A stretch of 64,000 bases of DNA from a virus, in IMG/VR virus record IMGVR_UViG_3300022934_000003. One strand, written 5' to 3'. The notes beneath the pieces were generated by a model. That model was not told the DNA's origin. It ran no database searches and worked only from the letters and a program-made list of their open reading frames with translations. Positions 1-8,698 of this stretch are shown one piece after another (position 1 is the first letter of the stretch; the number at the start of each line of letters is the position of its first letter). A program made the translations under genes and the position numbers.

Positions 1-459
1 TTGTGCTTTAATATCAACACCTGCAACATTAAAAGTAAGATCAGCAGTAGCATTACCGTCACCAGACTTTTGTGTTACTTTAACACCAGCTGGACCAACG
101 TTAGTTGCAACTGAGAACTTCTGAGAAGCTGCAGATTTTTTCTGTAGAAGGCCATTACCCTTCATACCTTTTTTGTTACCAGCCATAAGATCTAAACCAC
201 CAAGTTTAGTATCAATCCAAACTTGTGTAGCATTAACAGAATTATCTGAAGTGTCTGCGCCGATGTCTTCTAGCATCATAGTAACTGTAGACTCGCCAGA
301 CTTACCTTTAACTGTAAGATCTAAATCTTGAGCATAATTAGCTGGACCATTACCACCTGTAAAGGTACCTTCGTAATTACCAGTAATAGAAATATCAGCG
401 ATTGCTGATGTAGTTAAAAAAGAAGCAGCTACTGCTGCTGCAATAAAAGATTTTTTCAT
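1..459 (-). CDS. Outer-membrane porin-like protein, N-terminal part (runs off window edge)
   Basis: Not in ORF track. Read by hand: MKKSFIAAAVAASFLTTSAIA-DISITGNYEGTF...QDLDLTVKGKSG..., a Sec signal followed by alternating amphipathic beta-strands; SD AGGAG upstream; frame open to position 1. Confidence 0.7.
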   Translation of the reverse strand, partial: MKKSFIAAAVAASFLTTSAIADISITGNYEGTFTGGNGPANYAQDLDLTVKGKSGESTVTMMLEDIGADTSDNSVNATQVWIDTKLGGLDLMAGNKKGMKGNGLLQKKSAASQKFSVATNVGPAGVKVTQKSGDGNATADLTFNVAGVDIKAQ

Positions 460-517
460 TATAATCTCCTTTTATAAAATATATACACTTAAGGTGTGTA
501 ATTAACCTTCAAGAGAA

Positions 518-769
518 TTAATAAACTCCAAGAATAAATTCGTCGCTTACGAGAACACGATTAGTATCGATCCTTAAGCTTTTTTCCCAGATTAGTGCAA
601 CTTTATCGCCAACTTTAATTTCATATTTGTTGACATCTGGACCAACCGCGTCGACTCGACCTGGTCTAGCACCTACATCAACCGAAGAGCCAGTTAGTAC
701 AATACCACTGGCAGTTTTCGTTTCTGCTTCTTGCTGGGTAACTAAAACGTAATTTTTCAATGGATTCAT
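518..769 (-). CDS. groES: Co-chaperonin GroES (Cpn10)
   Basis: PLKNYVLV, mobile loop KTASGIVL, G.V.AVGP, KVGDKV, ILGV. Confidence 0.9.
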   Translation of the reverse strand: MNPLKNYVLVTQQEAETKTASGIVLTGSSVDVGARPGRVDAVGPDVNKYEIKVGDKVALIWEKSLRIDTNRVLVSDEFILGVY

Positions 770-786
770 AATTTCTCCTTCAATAT

Positions 787-1002
787 TTAATCAAATGACG
801 CGCAGTCAGCGATTAAATCTCCATCTTGATCAGTTGTAATAAATACATGATTTTCAATAACTTCATCGCCTATATTATAGTGAACTTCGTATTGAGCTTC
901 ATCTGAAGCATTAATTTGTACAAATGATGAATCATCAACAACGATACTATAACCGGCTTCTACAATCAATGCATTTATTTCATCAGTAGTTAAATTTTCC
1001 AA
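787..1002 (-). CDS. Hypothetical acidic protein
   Basis: ORF with SD GGAG, downstream of a late promoter. Confidence 0.55.
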   Translation of the reverse strand: MENLTTDEINALIVEAGYSIVVDDSSFVQINASDEAQYEVHYNIGDEVIENHVFITTDQDGDLIADCASFD

Positions 1003-1017
1003 TTTAATTCTCCGTAT

Positions 1018-1025
1018 TATTTATA
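1018..1025 (-). promoter_or_regulatory. T4-type late promoter TATAAATA
   Basis: Exact gp55 consensus upstream of ORF 787-1002, groES and the porin. Confidence 0.6.
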
Positions 1026-1114
1026 ACAAAAAGTGTTACACTTATAAAACAAAGTGTAACATTGTTAACACAATATTACTTTTTAATAATATTGATTTAT
1101 ATATAAAAGTTTTT

Positions 1115-1210
1115 TTATTCTAATGTAAATAAAATTATAAGTCCAACCGCGGCTGCTATACCTGCTGCAACTGCAGTGAAAACTTCTTTCACTGTTAAAT
1201 GTTTATTCAT
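1115..1210 (-). CDS. 31-aa single-TM peptide
   Basis: MNKHLTVKEVFTAVAAGIAAAVGLIILFTLE; SD AAGGA. Confidence 0.5.
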   Translation of the reverse strand: MNKHLTVKEVFTAVAAGIAAAVGLIILFTLE

Positions 1211-1225
1211 TATATTTTCCTTTAT

Positions 1226-1648
1226 TTATAAAGTTACTTCAAGAGCTTTAAAAGCTTCTAATGTTAATTCCTCTTCTAATTCATATGCTTCCACTTCCCA
1301 AGGAGCATCATGGTAATTAATATCTTCATGAACTAATGTACCTTTCCAACGATGTACACCGCCAATAATTTCTTTTAATTCACCACGTGCATATTGTTTT
1401 ACATGAATCATTTCGTGTACAACAGTACCAATTAATTCATACAAAGACATACCTTTACAAATTTCCATTTCAAATTCGCGATTTGTATCACCCATGAGGC
1501 AGTATCCATAAGCATCACTATTTTTAATAGTGACATCGATTTCGATATTACGGATACGCGGCATGAGTTTATGGAGACACCATTCGACGGTAGATGTTAC
1601 GATTTCACGTTCTTTAGATTTTCCACCGACTACATTAATATATTTCAT
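1226..1648 (-). CDS. HEXXH zinc metallopeptidase-like protein
   Basis: TVVHEMIHVKQY and PWEVEAY motifs. Confidence 0.7.
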   Translation of the reverse strand: MKYINVVGGKSKEREIVTSTVEWCLHKLMPRIRNIEIDVTIKNSDAYGYCLMGDTNREFEMEICKGMSLYELIGTVVHEMIHVKQYARGELKEIIGGVHRWKGTLVHEDINYHDAPWEVEAYELEEELTLEAFKALEVTL

Positions 1649-1686
1649 TGTGTAATATTACCACTCTTTTTACCATTTATAGTAAT

Positions 1687-1715
1687 ATTATAACATGATT
1701 TTCAAAAAATGTCAA
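1687..1715 (-). promoter_or_regulatory. Sigma70 early promoter
   Basis: TTGACA-N17-TATAAT. Confidence 0.8.
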
Positions 1716-1743
1716 CCTTTTTTTGAAATAAAAAAGCCTTATA

Positions 1744-1756
1744 AATCAATAACTTG
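1744..1756. promoter_or_regulatory. IHF-consensus site
   Basis: AATCAATAACTTG matches WATCAANNNNTTR, 28 nt upstream of the -35 box. Confidence 0.55.
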
Positions 1757-1765
1757 GAAAAAATT

Positions 1766-2278
1766 TCAGTCTTTTTTAAGCTTTTTGCAGAGATTATCGT
1801 ATTTTGCTTGGTCAACAACACCTTCTGATAGCAATTTTTCACGATTTTTCATATGTTTGGCCTGTACATCGTCCTTAGAGCCACCAAAATAAGGAACACA
1901 ATGTCCTTCCTTAATCATGATTTCTGTGACTAATGTGGGGGTTGTCATGCCATTATAATCCATTGAAGTAATAGGATACTCAACATAAAAATCGCCAAGA
2001 ATACGACCAAATTTACCTTTCATATCTTCGCCATCTTTATCTTCAGTAGTAACTAATTGTCCACCATTTTTCAAAAGTTCTTTTAATCTATTTTTAGCAG
2101 CAATACCAAATAGTTTTTCTACTTTGTCGCTTGTGCGTGATTCTGGTGTGTCAATGCCCATAATTCTTACACGCTCATCGCGTAGCCAAACACCAAAACC
2201 AAGGTTGATGTTAACATCGACTGTATCACCATCTACTACTTTAATTAGTTCTACGTCATATCTATTTTGCTGTGCCAT
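1766..2278 (-). CDS. Thermonuclease (SNase-like) nuclease
   Basis: VVDGDTV, VRIMGIDTPES, GKFGRILG. Confidence 0.85.
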   Translation of the reverse strand: MAQQNRYDVELIKVVDGDTVDVNINLGFGVWLRDERVRIMGIDTPESRTSDKVEKLFGIAAKNRLKELLKNGGQLVTTEDKDGEDMKGKFGRILGDFYVEYPITSMDYNGMTTPTLVTEIMIKEGHCVPYFGGSKDDVQAKHMKNREKLLSEGVVDQAKYDNLCKKLKKD

Positions 2279-2289
2279 TTTTACTCCTA

Positions 2290-3012
2290 TTAAGTGTTAA
2301 TTTTTCTCCACCACCAACATAATCTGCTCATATCTTGAAAATGTCCGCCGGTCCAATTTTGCAAAAAAGTCTCGCCGACTTTTTCTAAATTATACGTAGC
2401 TTCCATATTATTAATAAATTCTTCATTCCAGCCGTCATCTTGTATTCTAGCTTTTACAAAAATCCAATCACTTGACATTTTAACAACATATTTTAATTCT
2501 TCTTCAATCCAAGTTTGATCATCGCTATTTAAAGAACCAATACAAACAAAAACATCAGCCGCATTATCTCCATACATTTCATGCGCTTCTTGTGAAGAAA
2601 TTACACGAGTATTATCATCAGCAAACCAATTGATATATTTGTTATCATATGTAGTCCAAATTTTTTCATCATCTGTACCACCAGCATCTGAAAATGGTTT
2701 TCTTTCTGATGTTAAACTTTTTTGAAGCTTCTCATAAAACTCAAATTGATTTAGTATATCTGCTTCTAAATTGCCGCCCATAAACTCATCCCAGCTTCCA
2801 TCACCACATAGACAATCTGCTCTTCCGTGAGCTCTGTGTGGTAACCAATAATAGTTTCCAGATTGAATAATTCTTGTTGGGTTTTTCTCAAAAATTTCAG
2901 TTAATACTTTTCCTTCCCAATTAATTTTTTTAGCCCAGGAAAATGAATCATCTGAATCTGATATGCCAATCAGCTCTTTAATTTCATTATCAGTATAATT
3001 AAATTCTGCCAT
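2290..3012 (-). CDS. Hypothetical protein, possibly a degenerate class I SAM methyltransferase fold
   Basis: 240-aa ORF; DVFVCIGSLN...IFVKAR resembles MTase C-terminal strands; no clear motif I. Confidence 0.45.
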   Translation of the reverse strand: MAEFNYTDNEIKELIGISDSDDSFSWAKKINWEGKVLTEIFEKNPTRIIQSGNYYWLPHRAHGRADCLCGDGSWDEFMGGNLEADILNQFEFYEKLQKSLTSERKPFSDAGGTDDEKIWTTYDNKYINWFADDNTRVISSQEAHEMYGDNAADVFVCIGSLNSDDQTWIEEELKYVVKMSSDWIFVKARIQDDGWNEEFINNMEATYNLEKVGETFLQNWTGGHFQDMSRLCWWWRKINT

Positions 3013-3020
3013 TTTTCTTA

Positions 3021-3461
3021 TTAATCATTAAGTGGATTGTCTAAAGCTTTTTGAATTCGATCTTCTAGATCTGTTTTTGTCGTTTCTAGTTTATTTTCAA
3101 AACGATCTAATTTAGTATCATAATTTTCTAATTTTGCTGTTACTTTTGTATCAATACGATACATATTTGTTTTAGCATCATTTAAGTTTGTTTCCATTGA
3201 TGATAAAAGTTTTTGTTGATTGTCAATCTTTTGGTCAATTAATTCCATGCGCTGTTCAAATGCACCTACATCAAGATTAGCAACTTCCTCAATCTTTTGA
3301 TACATTGTAAAACCTGCATATAACATACCAATAACAGAACCAAGACCAGCAATAGCCATACTTAATGTTGTAGGAGTCATCTTCAACCCCATTACATTAA
3401 ATGATTTGTCTTTAAGTCCTTCTAATTTTTCTAGCTCTTCGCCTAAATCTTTATCTGCCAT
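3021..3461 (-). CDS. Single-TM coiled-coil membrane protein
   Basis: Hydrophobic segment LSMAIAGLGSVIGMLYAGF followed by a long heptad region. Confidence 0.65.
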   Translation of the reverse strand: MADKDLGEELEKLEGLKDKSFNVMGLKMTPTTLSMAIAGLGSVIGMLYAGFTMYQKIEEVANLDVGAFEQRMELIDQKIDNQQKLLSSMETNLNDAKTNMYRIDTKVTAKLENYDTKLDRFENKLETTKTDLEDRIQKALDNPLND

Positions 3462-3479
3462 GATTTACCTTTCTAGTTT

Positions 3480-3668
3480 TCAATATCTTTTAATTCTAGT
3501 ACGTGGATATACAATAGGATTTTGTTTATTATATTCCCTTTGCCTTTCCACTTCTTCTTTTGTAAATTTACTGATATAAGATTGAGCACATTGAGATGCA
3601 ATAGAGTAGTTGGGCTCATATGAATCCCAACACCATTTTATTGCATCGTTAACGTTTGCAAAATCCAT
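3480..3668 (-). CDS. Hypothetical protein
   Basis: Abuts the upstream gene within the operon. Confidence 0.5.
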   Translation of the reverse strand: MDFANVNDAIKWCWDSYEPNYSIASQCAQSYISKFTKEEVERQREYNKQNPIVYPRTRIKRY

Positions 3669-4127
3669 TTAACTCTTTCCTAGATAGAATGAACCAGCCG
3701 CAAGAATAGAAATCTTAAGCCACTCAAATGCAACTACCGCGTTCTCTAGTCTTACAAACTCTGTAACTGTTTGTGTATTATCAAATAAACCTAGTAAATT
3801 AAATCCTTTTGTAACTTCTACAGGAACAACAATATCTAATCCTGTTAAACCAGCAGTCATTGCCCATGCACCCATTGCTAACATAGATAATACAAAGATA
3901 CGTCTTGTCATTTTAGCGAATGGATCATTACCCACTCTTTTTGCAGCTGCGTTTGCTGAATCTGTTGCTGCCTGTTTTCTCTTAGCATCATTCTCTGTCT
4001 CGGCATTCATCTTACCGATTAAAAGTTTTTGCTGTTCTGCTTTATTTTTTTGAGCTTGGTCCATGAACTTAAAAAGTCCACCCATTGCGGCGCCACCTGC
4101 CATTGTAATTAGTTCTACTGGAATCAT
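3669..4127 (-). CDS. Holin-like 3-TM membrane protein
   Basis: N-terminal Gly-rich hydrophobic helix, coiled linker, TRR-TM, C-terminal GSFYLG typical of 3TM holin-like proteins. Confidence 0.5.
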   Translation of the reverse strand: MIPVELITMAGGAAMGGLFKFMDQAQKNKAEQQKLLIGKMNAETENDAKRKQAATDSANAAAKRVGNDPFAKMTRRIFVLSMLAMGAWAMTAGLTGLDIVVPVEVTKGFNLLGLFDNTQTVTEFVRLENAVVAFEWLKISILAAGSFYLGKS

Positions 4128-4504
4128 TTTTCTTTCCTCATTAATAATTTATATCTAATTGTATTTGCTAAATACAGCCCTCCAGAAAGTAAAAATATAA
4201 TTAATAATGGCCAAGGTAACCTTAATGGTTGCTCTTCGACTTCTTCCACCTCACCAACAATTTCTTGTTGATTAACTTCTGGTTTTTTCTTCTCTACTTT
4301 TTGAACCACAACTTCTGATCCATTCCAATTGTGATTCGAATCATAATATTTTTCTTCTTCATAAACATCTTCTGTTATTGGTTTTGTTTCTTCTAATACA
4401 GTTTTAACAGTAGTTGCTTTACTAATAATATCTATAATAGGATATGTTTCTAAAGTAGAGCATCCTGTTAAAAATATCATTAAACATATTATAGCATATT
4501 TCAT
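4124..4504 (-). CDS. Lipoprotein with C-terminal TM (u-spanin-like)
   Basis: Lipobox LTG-C with Ser at +2; C-terminal TM LPWPLLIIFLLSGGLYLA followed by basic tail RYKLLMRKEK. Confidence 0.5.
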   Translation of the reverse strand: MKYAIICLMIFLTGCSTLETYPIIDIISKATTVKTVLEETKPITEDVYEEEKYYDSNHNWNGSEVVVQKVEKKKPEVNQQEIVGEVEEVEEQPLRLPWPLLIIFLLSGGLYLANTIRYKLLMRKEK

Positions 4505-4947
4505 TTTTTCTTGTCAGAATCATTTTCAAATTTAAAATTTTTCAATTTATTAATTTCTTCTTGTAATTTAATTACCTCAAGTCTTTTCTTTCTTAACTCA
4601 AGTTCATATAATGAATTACAATTAATTCTTTCTTTTGGCGCATCTAACGGAATAATTATTCTCGCATAAACACCTACGTCTTTAGTACTATCAACATTTG
4701 GATTACTCGATCCAAATGGAGAATCATAATTATCAATAATACCAGTAACACCAAATTCTAAATTAGTTGCTCCGCCAATAGCATTTTTACAATCAAGACC
4801 ATCAGGAGATCTTATACTATCTTGTCCATAAGTACTACCAGCATTTGGTAATTGTAAATTTAATGAACTAGCAGCTAAAACTCCGCCGCTAAATATCATT
4901 GATAAACAAAATACAACAAATTTTTTCATTTCAATGTTCCTTCTCAT
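4501..4947 (-). CDS. Secreted protein with Cys pair and C-terminal coiled coil
   Basis: Signal peptide (likely start MKKFVV); LDCKNAIGGATNLEFGV...GVYARIIIPL...INCNSLYELEL. Confidence 0.7.
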   Translation of the reverse strand: MRRNIEMKKFVVFCLSMIFSGGVLAASSLNLQLPNAGSTYGQDSIRSPDGLDCKNAIGGATNLEFGVTGIIDNYDSPFGSSNPNVDSTKDVGVYARIIIPLDAPKERINCNSLYELELRKKRLEVIKLQEEINKLKNFKFENDSDKKK

Positions 4948-5330
4948 TTTATTTTAGAACATATCCTAGATAAGATAGCGGTTCTGATTTCATCTTCTTT
5001 TTTTATTTTAGATTTAGAACAAATATATAATGCTCTATCTTTATCTTTTTCTCTTATGTAAATATCTAATCTAACTCTACTAAGATATTTTAATTCTATA
5101 ATATTTTGTTTACTTATAGAATAAGAAGTTACAAACGGAACATTTTTCCAATCTTTATCAAATACTCCAACCTCATAATACTCTACATCTTTTCTTTTAT
5201 TTAACATCTCCATTGTAGTTTTTAGTACTCCTTCAACATGAGATGGTTCTAATTTTGGGTATGTTGGCGTCATTTCATGAGCGCTCAATGTTAAAGGTAA
5301 TAACGCCAACATCATAATAAAATATTTCAT
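4944..5330 (-). CDS. Secreted Ig-like protein, possible fimbrial chaperone-like
   Basis: Signal peptide ending LSA-HEMTPTYP; beta-rich; two C-terminal Cys (YICSKS...SRICSK). Confidence 0.6.
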   Translation of the reverse strand: MKYFIMMLALLPLTLSAHEMTPTYPKLEPSHVEGVLKTTMEMLNKRKDVEYYEVGVFDKDWKNVPFVTSYSISKQNIIELKYLSRVRLDIYIREKDKDRALYICSKSKIKKEDEIRTAILSRICSKIK

Positions 5331-5347
5331 AATCTAATTTTTCCTCA

Positions 5348-5848
5348 TTATTGTGCTACGCAACTTGCTTCAACAAGTGCTGTGTAACTTCCACCTGGAA
5401 AAGCTTTTGAGCCTCCCATAACTGCTGTAGATGAAGTCTTAAACCAAGTACTTCCTGTTGCAGTTAAATCATACTTATCCGTCATATCAAATTCAATTTT
5501 ATTTGTTTCATAATCTGCCATATTTGTAGCGTCTGATACTGCAGATACTTCAGTATCGCCTGACCATGTTACCACGTCTGGTAAATTTGGTGCAGATGAA
5601 AAAGCACTTGGTGCAGTAAATTCTACATAATACGCATCAGCTAATGTAACGTCTACGCGTGTTACCGCTAGAACACCACCATCAGCTACTGCTGTTGTTA
5701 ACGTATAAGCATTAGGGTTACCATACACACCAGCTGTGTCGGTAGAAATAATGCATCTTGACTGTACACTACCATTAATTGGAGTATCAGCCGCCGCACT
5801 AGTAATCATACCTAATGTAGCAATTGTGATTAATGTTTTAATGAACAT
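5348..5848 (-). CDS. Secreted fimbrial/pilin-subunit-like protein
   Basis: Signal peptide; DTPINGSVQSRC N-terminal strand with Cys; Thr/Ser/Gly-rich; C-terminal FPGGSYTALVEASC resembles the final strand of pilin subunits. Confidence 0.55.
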   Translation of the reverse strand: MFIKTLITIATLGMITSAAADTPINGSVQSRCIISTDTAGVYGNPNAYTLTTAVADGGVLAVTRVDVTLADAYYVEFTAPSAFSSAPNLPDVVTWSGDTEVSAVSDATNMADYETNKIEFDMTDKYDLTATGSTWFKTSSTAVMGGSKAFPGGSYTALVEASCVAQ

Positions 5849-5891
5849 ATGTTCTCTCCTAACTAGTTATTTTTTTCTTATCATATATTCA

Positions 5892-6776
5892 TCATCTATA
5901 TTGCGCGTTGATCATTTCTTCGTGCAATTTTTGAGTGGACCAATTCAAACGTCTTCCACTCTTATTATCTGGAAGTTGCCCTCCATCTAATTTTACAGTT
6001 TCTTTATATGAACCACCAGGAATAGTACTATTGATATAACTAGTCATATTAACCTGATTATTCATTTGTTGTAGCATTAATCCTTGAGCTATTGACTCTG
6101 CAAATAAAGCGGAATTATCTGCTTCTGCTAATGCTTTTTCTAATCTTTCTTTTCTATCTTTCTCTTCTTTTTCTTCTGCTTCTGCTAATTCTTCTTCAGA
6201 CTTTTCTTCTTCTTCGTCATAATTTTCTTCTTTGTTATCTGTTTCTTCTTCCTCTACTTCAAACTGCTCATATAAAGAAGATACATCAATTTCTGGAGGT
6301 TTGGGTGGAATAAATCCTGGACAATTAACATTTGCTTGTGGATTATAACAAGGATCTACTTTATATGTGTAAATCACTGTTGCATCTTCAACCGTACCAT
6401 CACCAGTTGTATTTAAAAATCCATCTCCAAACTGAGAACGATGTACATAAGGTAGTGGAACATTCTTAATAATCGCAATTCCGCCTGGAGCTCCATCCCA
6501 ATTATCTGTTTCTTTCCAAACATAACCAGACTTATCAGCATTCCAGTTACCAATGTCTACTTCAAAATTGGAATTGGTTTCTTTTATTGGAGTGTAAGTA
6601 TAAAATACATTATTAATACTTGTTCCACTCGGATCAGGCAATACACTATCCATACTCCAAGGATTGCCATAATTCACAGCATTCCCCGTGAATCCGTAAT
6701 AAGGCTTTATAGATTCAGAATAAGAATAATAAGGCAGCAAGGCCACCAAGGCCGTAAGTAGCAGTTTCTTTAGCAT
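5892..6776 (-). CDS. Secreted protein with beta domain, Cys pair and acidic coiled-coil stalk
   Basis: Signal peptide; DPCYNPQANVNCPG; E/K-rich region. Confidence 0.7.
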   Translation of the reverse strand: MLKKLLLTALVALLPYYSYSESIKPYYGFTGNAVNYGNPWSMDSVLPDPSGTSINNVFYTYTPIKETNSNFEVDIGNWNADKSGYVWKETDNWDGAPGGIAIIKNVPLPYVHRSQFGDGFLNTTGDGTVEDATVIYTYKVDPCYNPQANVNCPGFIPPKPPEIDVSSLYEQFEVEEEETDNKEENYDEEEEKSEEELAEAEEKEEKDRKERLEKALAEADNSALFAESIAQGLMLQQMNNQVNMTSYINSTIPGGSYKETVKLDGGQLPDNKSGRRLNWSTQKLHEEMINAQYR

Positions 6777-7266
6777 TTAATTTCCCGTCTGAAATATCTA
6801 ACTCTTGTTGAGTTGTTTCTACATGTGTTTCCCAAGCTAATCTAGCTTCGTTACCAATCAATCCATTATACGGACAAGGAGTTCCGGCGTGCATCATAGC
6901 ATCAAAGACTTTCTGGTCTTGACACATAATAGATACAGCAGCGACTTTCATACCCATATCATACATAGTTTTAGCATTTTTAAGTCTAATACAATTTTCT
7001 TCGGTAAATGTTGTACCTGCTGAGATACCAAGAATTTGAGTTTGAACTGCACCTGCTACACCAATAGTACATAGGTCACTATTATTACCTGCACTAAATT
7101 GCGGTGAGATCGCAGATGGCGGTGGTTGCTTGATGGTTGTATTCATCGAGCCATTAGTCGTCACAGTGCTATCTGTGGTCGAAATTGTTTCGATCGGTTC
7201 TGCATTCACTGTGTTAATAAATAAAGACATAGCAAAACCAATCAATAATGCATAAAATTTATTCAT
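6715..7266 (-). CDS. Secreted Cys-rich protein with C-terminal membrane anchor
   Basis: Signal peptide; PPPSAISP, four Cys, AGTPCP; terminal GLGGLAALLFLF. Confidence 0.7.
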   Translation of the reverse strand: MNKFYALLIGFAMSLFINTVNAEPIETISTTDSTVTTNGSMNTTIKQPPPSAISPQFSAGNNSDLCTIGVAGAVQTQILGISAGTTFTEENCIRLKNAKTMYDMGMKVAAVSIMCQDQKVFDAMMHAGTPCPYNGLIGNEARLAWETHVETTQQELDISDGKLNAKETATYGLGGLAALLFLF

Positions 7267-7320
7267 TATAATATTCCTTTAAATTGGTTTTTGAAAATAA
7301 GCTTAGCTTACTCTATTGAT

Positions 7321-7357
7321 TATTTATATATAATAAGTAATCAAATTATTATAAATA
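7321..7357. promoter_or_regulatory. Divergent pair of late promoters
   Basis: TATAAATA on - strand (7321-7328) and + strand (7350-7357) in the divergent intergenic region. Confidence 0.75.
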
Positions 7358-7386
7358 AAACAGATAGTATGAAAGAGGTATAAAAT

Positions 7387-8118
7387 ATGATTGAAAACTG
7401 TTCAAAAATGGCAAAAGCAGCACAAACTGCTTATTTAGATGGCAAACCGGCCAAGCCCGAATATAAAAAACTAGGGTATACAACACACAAATTTATTGAT
7501 ATTGATGGTGCTCAGTGTCATATTGTATCAAATAAAGATGAAGTTGTTTTATGTTTTAGAGGGACAGAACCTACAGAATTTTCTGATATTACAGCAGATT
7601 TAAATGCTTTTCCTGATAAAGCAAATAACGGACATGGATTAGTTCATAATGGATTTCAGGAAGAAGTTAATAAAGTATGGGATACTATTACAGCTTCATT
7701 AAATAAAATGAAACTTGATGGTAAAAATTTATTCGTTTGTGGACATTCACTTGGTGGTGCAATGGCTACAATCGCAACAAGTCGACTCGGTGATAAAGTT
7801 AATGCTTTATATACATATGGGTCGCCGAGAGTAGGAACAAGATCATTTGTTAAATCATTTGCTCAAATTCCTCACTATCGACACGTAAATAATAATGATA
7901 TGGTTACTAAAGTACCTTTTGCTTTAATGGGATATAAACATCACAGCAAAGCAAGATACATTAATTATTACGGTAATATTAGATCTCTTACACCTTGGCA
8001 AAGAATCAAGGATCAATGGAGAGGTCGTTGGGCAGCTCTTAAAAAAGGTTGTCCTTTTGATGGTGCATATGATCATAGTATGAAATATTATGTACAATAC
8101 ACCGAAGCGAATCAATGA
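7387..8118 (+). CDS. Class 3 lipase (alpha/beta hydrolase)
   Basis: FRGTE, VHNGF, GHSLGG nucleophile elbow, YGSPRVG, NNNDMVTKVP, DHSM. Confidence 0.9.
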   Translation: MIENCSKMAKAAQTAYLDGKPAKPEYKKLGYTTHKFIDIDGAQCHIVSNKDEVVLCFRGTEPTEFSDITADLNAFPDKANNGHGLVHNGFQEEVNKVWDTITASLNKMKLDGKNLFVCGHSLGGAMATIATSRLGDKVNALYTYGSPRVGTRSFVKSFAQIPHYRHVNNNDMVTKVPFALMGYKHHSKARYINYYGNIRSLTPWQRIKDQWRGRWAALKKGCPFDGAYDHSMKYYVQYTEANQ

Positions 8119-8429
8119 GTGATATGATTGATCGCATGTTAGGCGACACATTGTGGATTTATACTGCAATTGCTGGCGCTTTACTAGGTGCGGCATTCTT
8201 AGCATGGTTTAAAGAAACGCATGCAGGAATATGGTTAAACGGCAAGTTTGATAGTTTTTTAGATTATCTTGCCATTCGCTGGGGTTGGACTTGGTTACAA
8301 GAACCAGAAGATGCCTGGCGTAAAAAGTATCCGAAGATTACTAAAAAAATTGATGAGATTGAGTTACGTCTTAAAAATGTTGAAGGTAAAGCGGGTACTA
8401 AAATAATAAGACAAAAGAAGGAGAAATAA
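8115..8429 (+). CDS. Small membrane protein
   Basis: TM LWIYTAIAGALLGAAFLAWF; ATGA-coupled to the lipase. Confidence 0.65.
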   Translation: MSDMIDRMLGDTLWIYTAIAGALLGAAFLAWFKETHAGIWLNGKFDSFLDYLAIRWGWTWLQEPEDAWRKKYPKITKKIDEIELRLKNVEGKAGTKIIRQKKEK

Positions 8430-8430
8430 T

Positions 8431-8649
8431 ATGTTAAAACAAGTAGTAGGTTGGATTAATGAGGCTACATCAGCAGGTGTTGCTTTAATCGCACTAGCAA
8501 TCGTTTTACAGGTTATCTTTGGTGGTACTGTTCCATTCATCGGTGGCGACGTAATCGGAACAATCACTGGTATTGTTGCACAACTTGGTTCACAAGGACT
8601 AGTTGGTTTAGTAGCAGCAGCTGTATTGTATAAGATCTTTGCTAAATAA
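8431..8649 (+). CDS. Small 2-3 TM membrane protein
   Basis: Almost wholly hydrophobic 72 aa; SD GGAG. Confidence 0.7.
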   Translation: MLKQVVGWINEATSAGVALIALAIVLQVIFGGTVPFIGGDVIGTITGIVAQLGSQGLVGLVAAAVLYKIFAK

Positions 8650-8664
8650 GACTAAGGTCTTAAT

Positions 8665-8698
8665 AAAAAAAGAGGGAGCTTAATTGCTCCCTTTTTTT
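8665..8698. terminator. Bidirectional intrinsic terminator
   Basis: A-run, GGGAGC-TTAATT-GCTCCC, T-run between convergent genes. Confidence 0.8.

Noticed and set aside
1223-1230. Late promoter TATAAATA before the 31-aa peptide
   Set aside because: It overlaps the upstream stop codon and sits too close to the SD; may be chance in AT-rich DNA.
6150-6260. Low-complexity TTC-rich stretch as a tandem repeat element
   Set aside because: It simply encodes the Glu/Lys-rich stalk of ORF 5892-6776.
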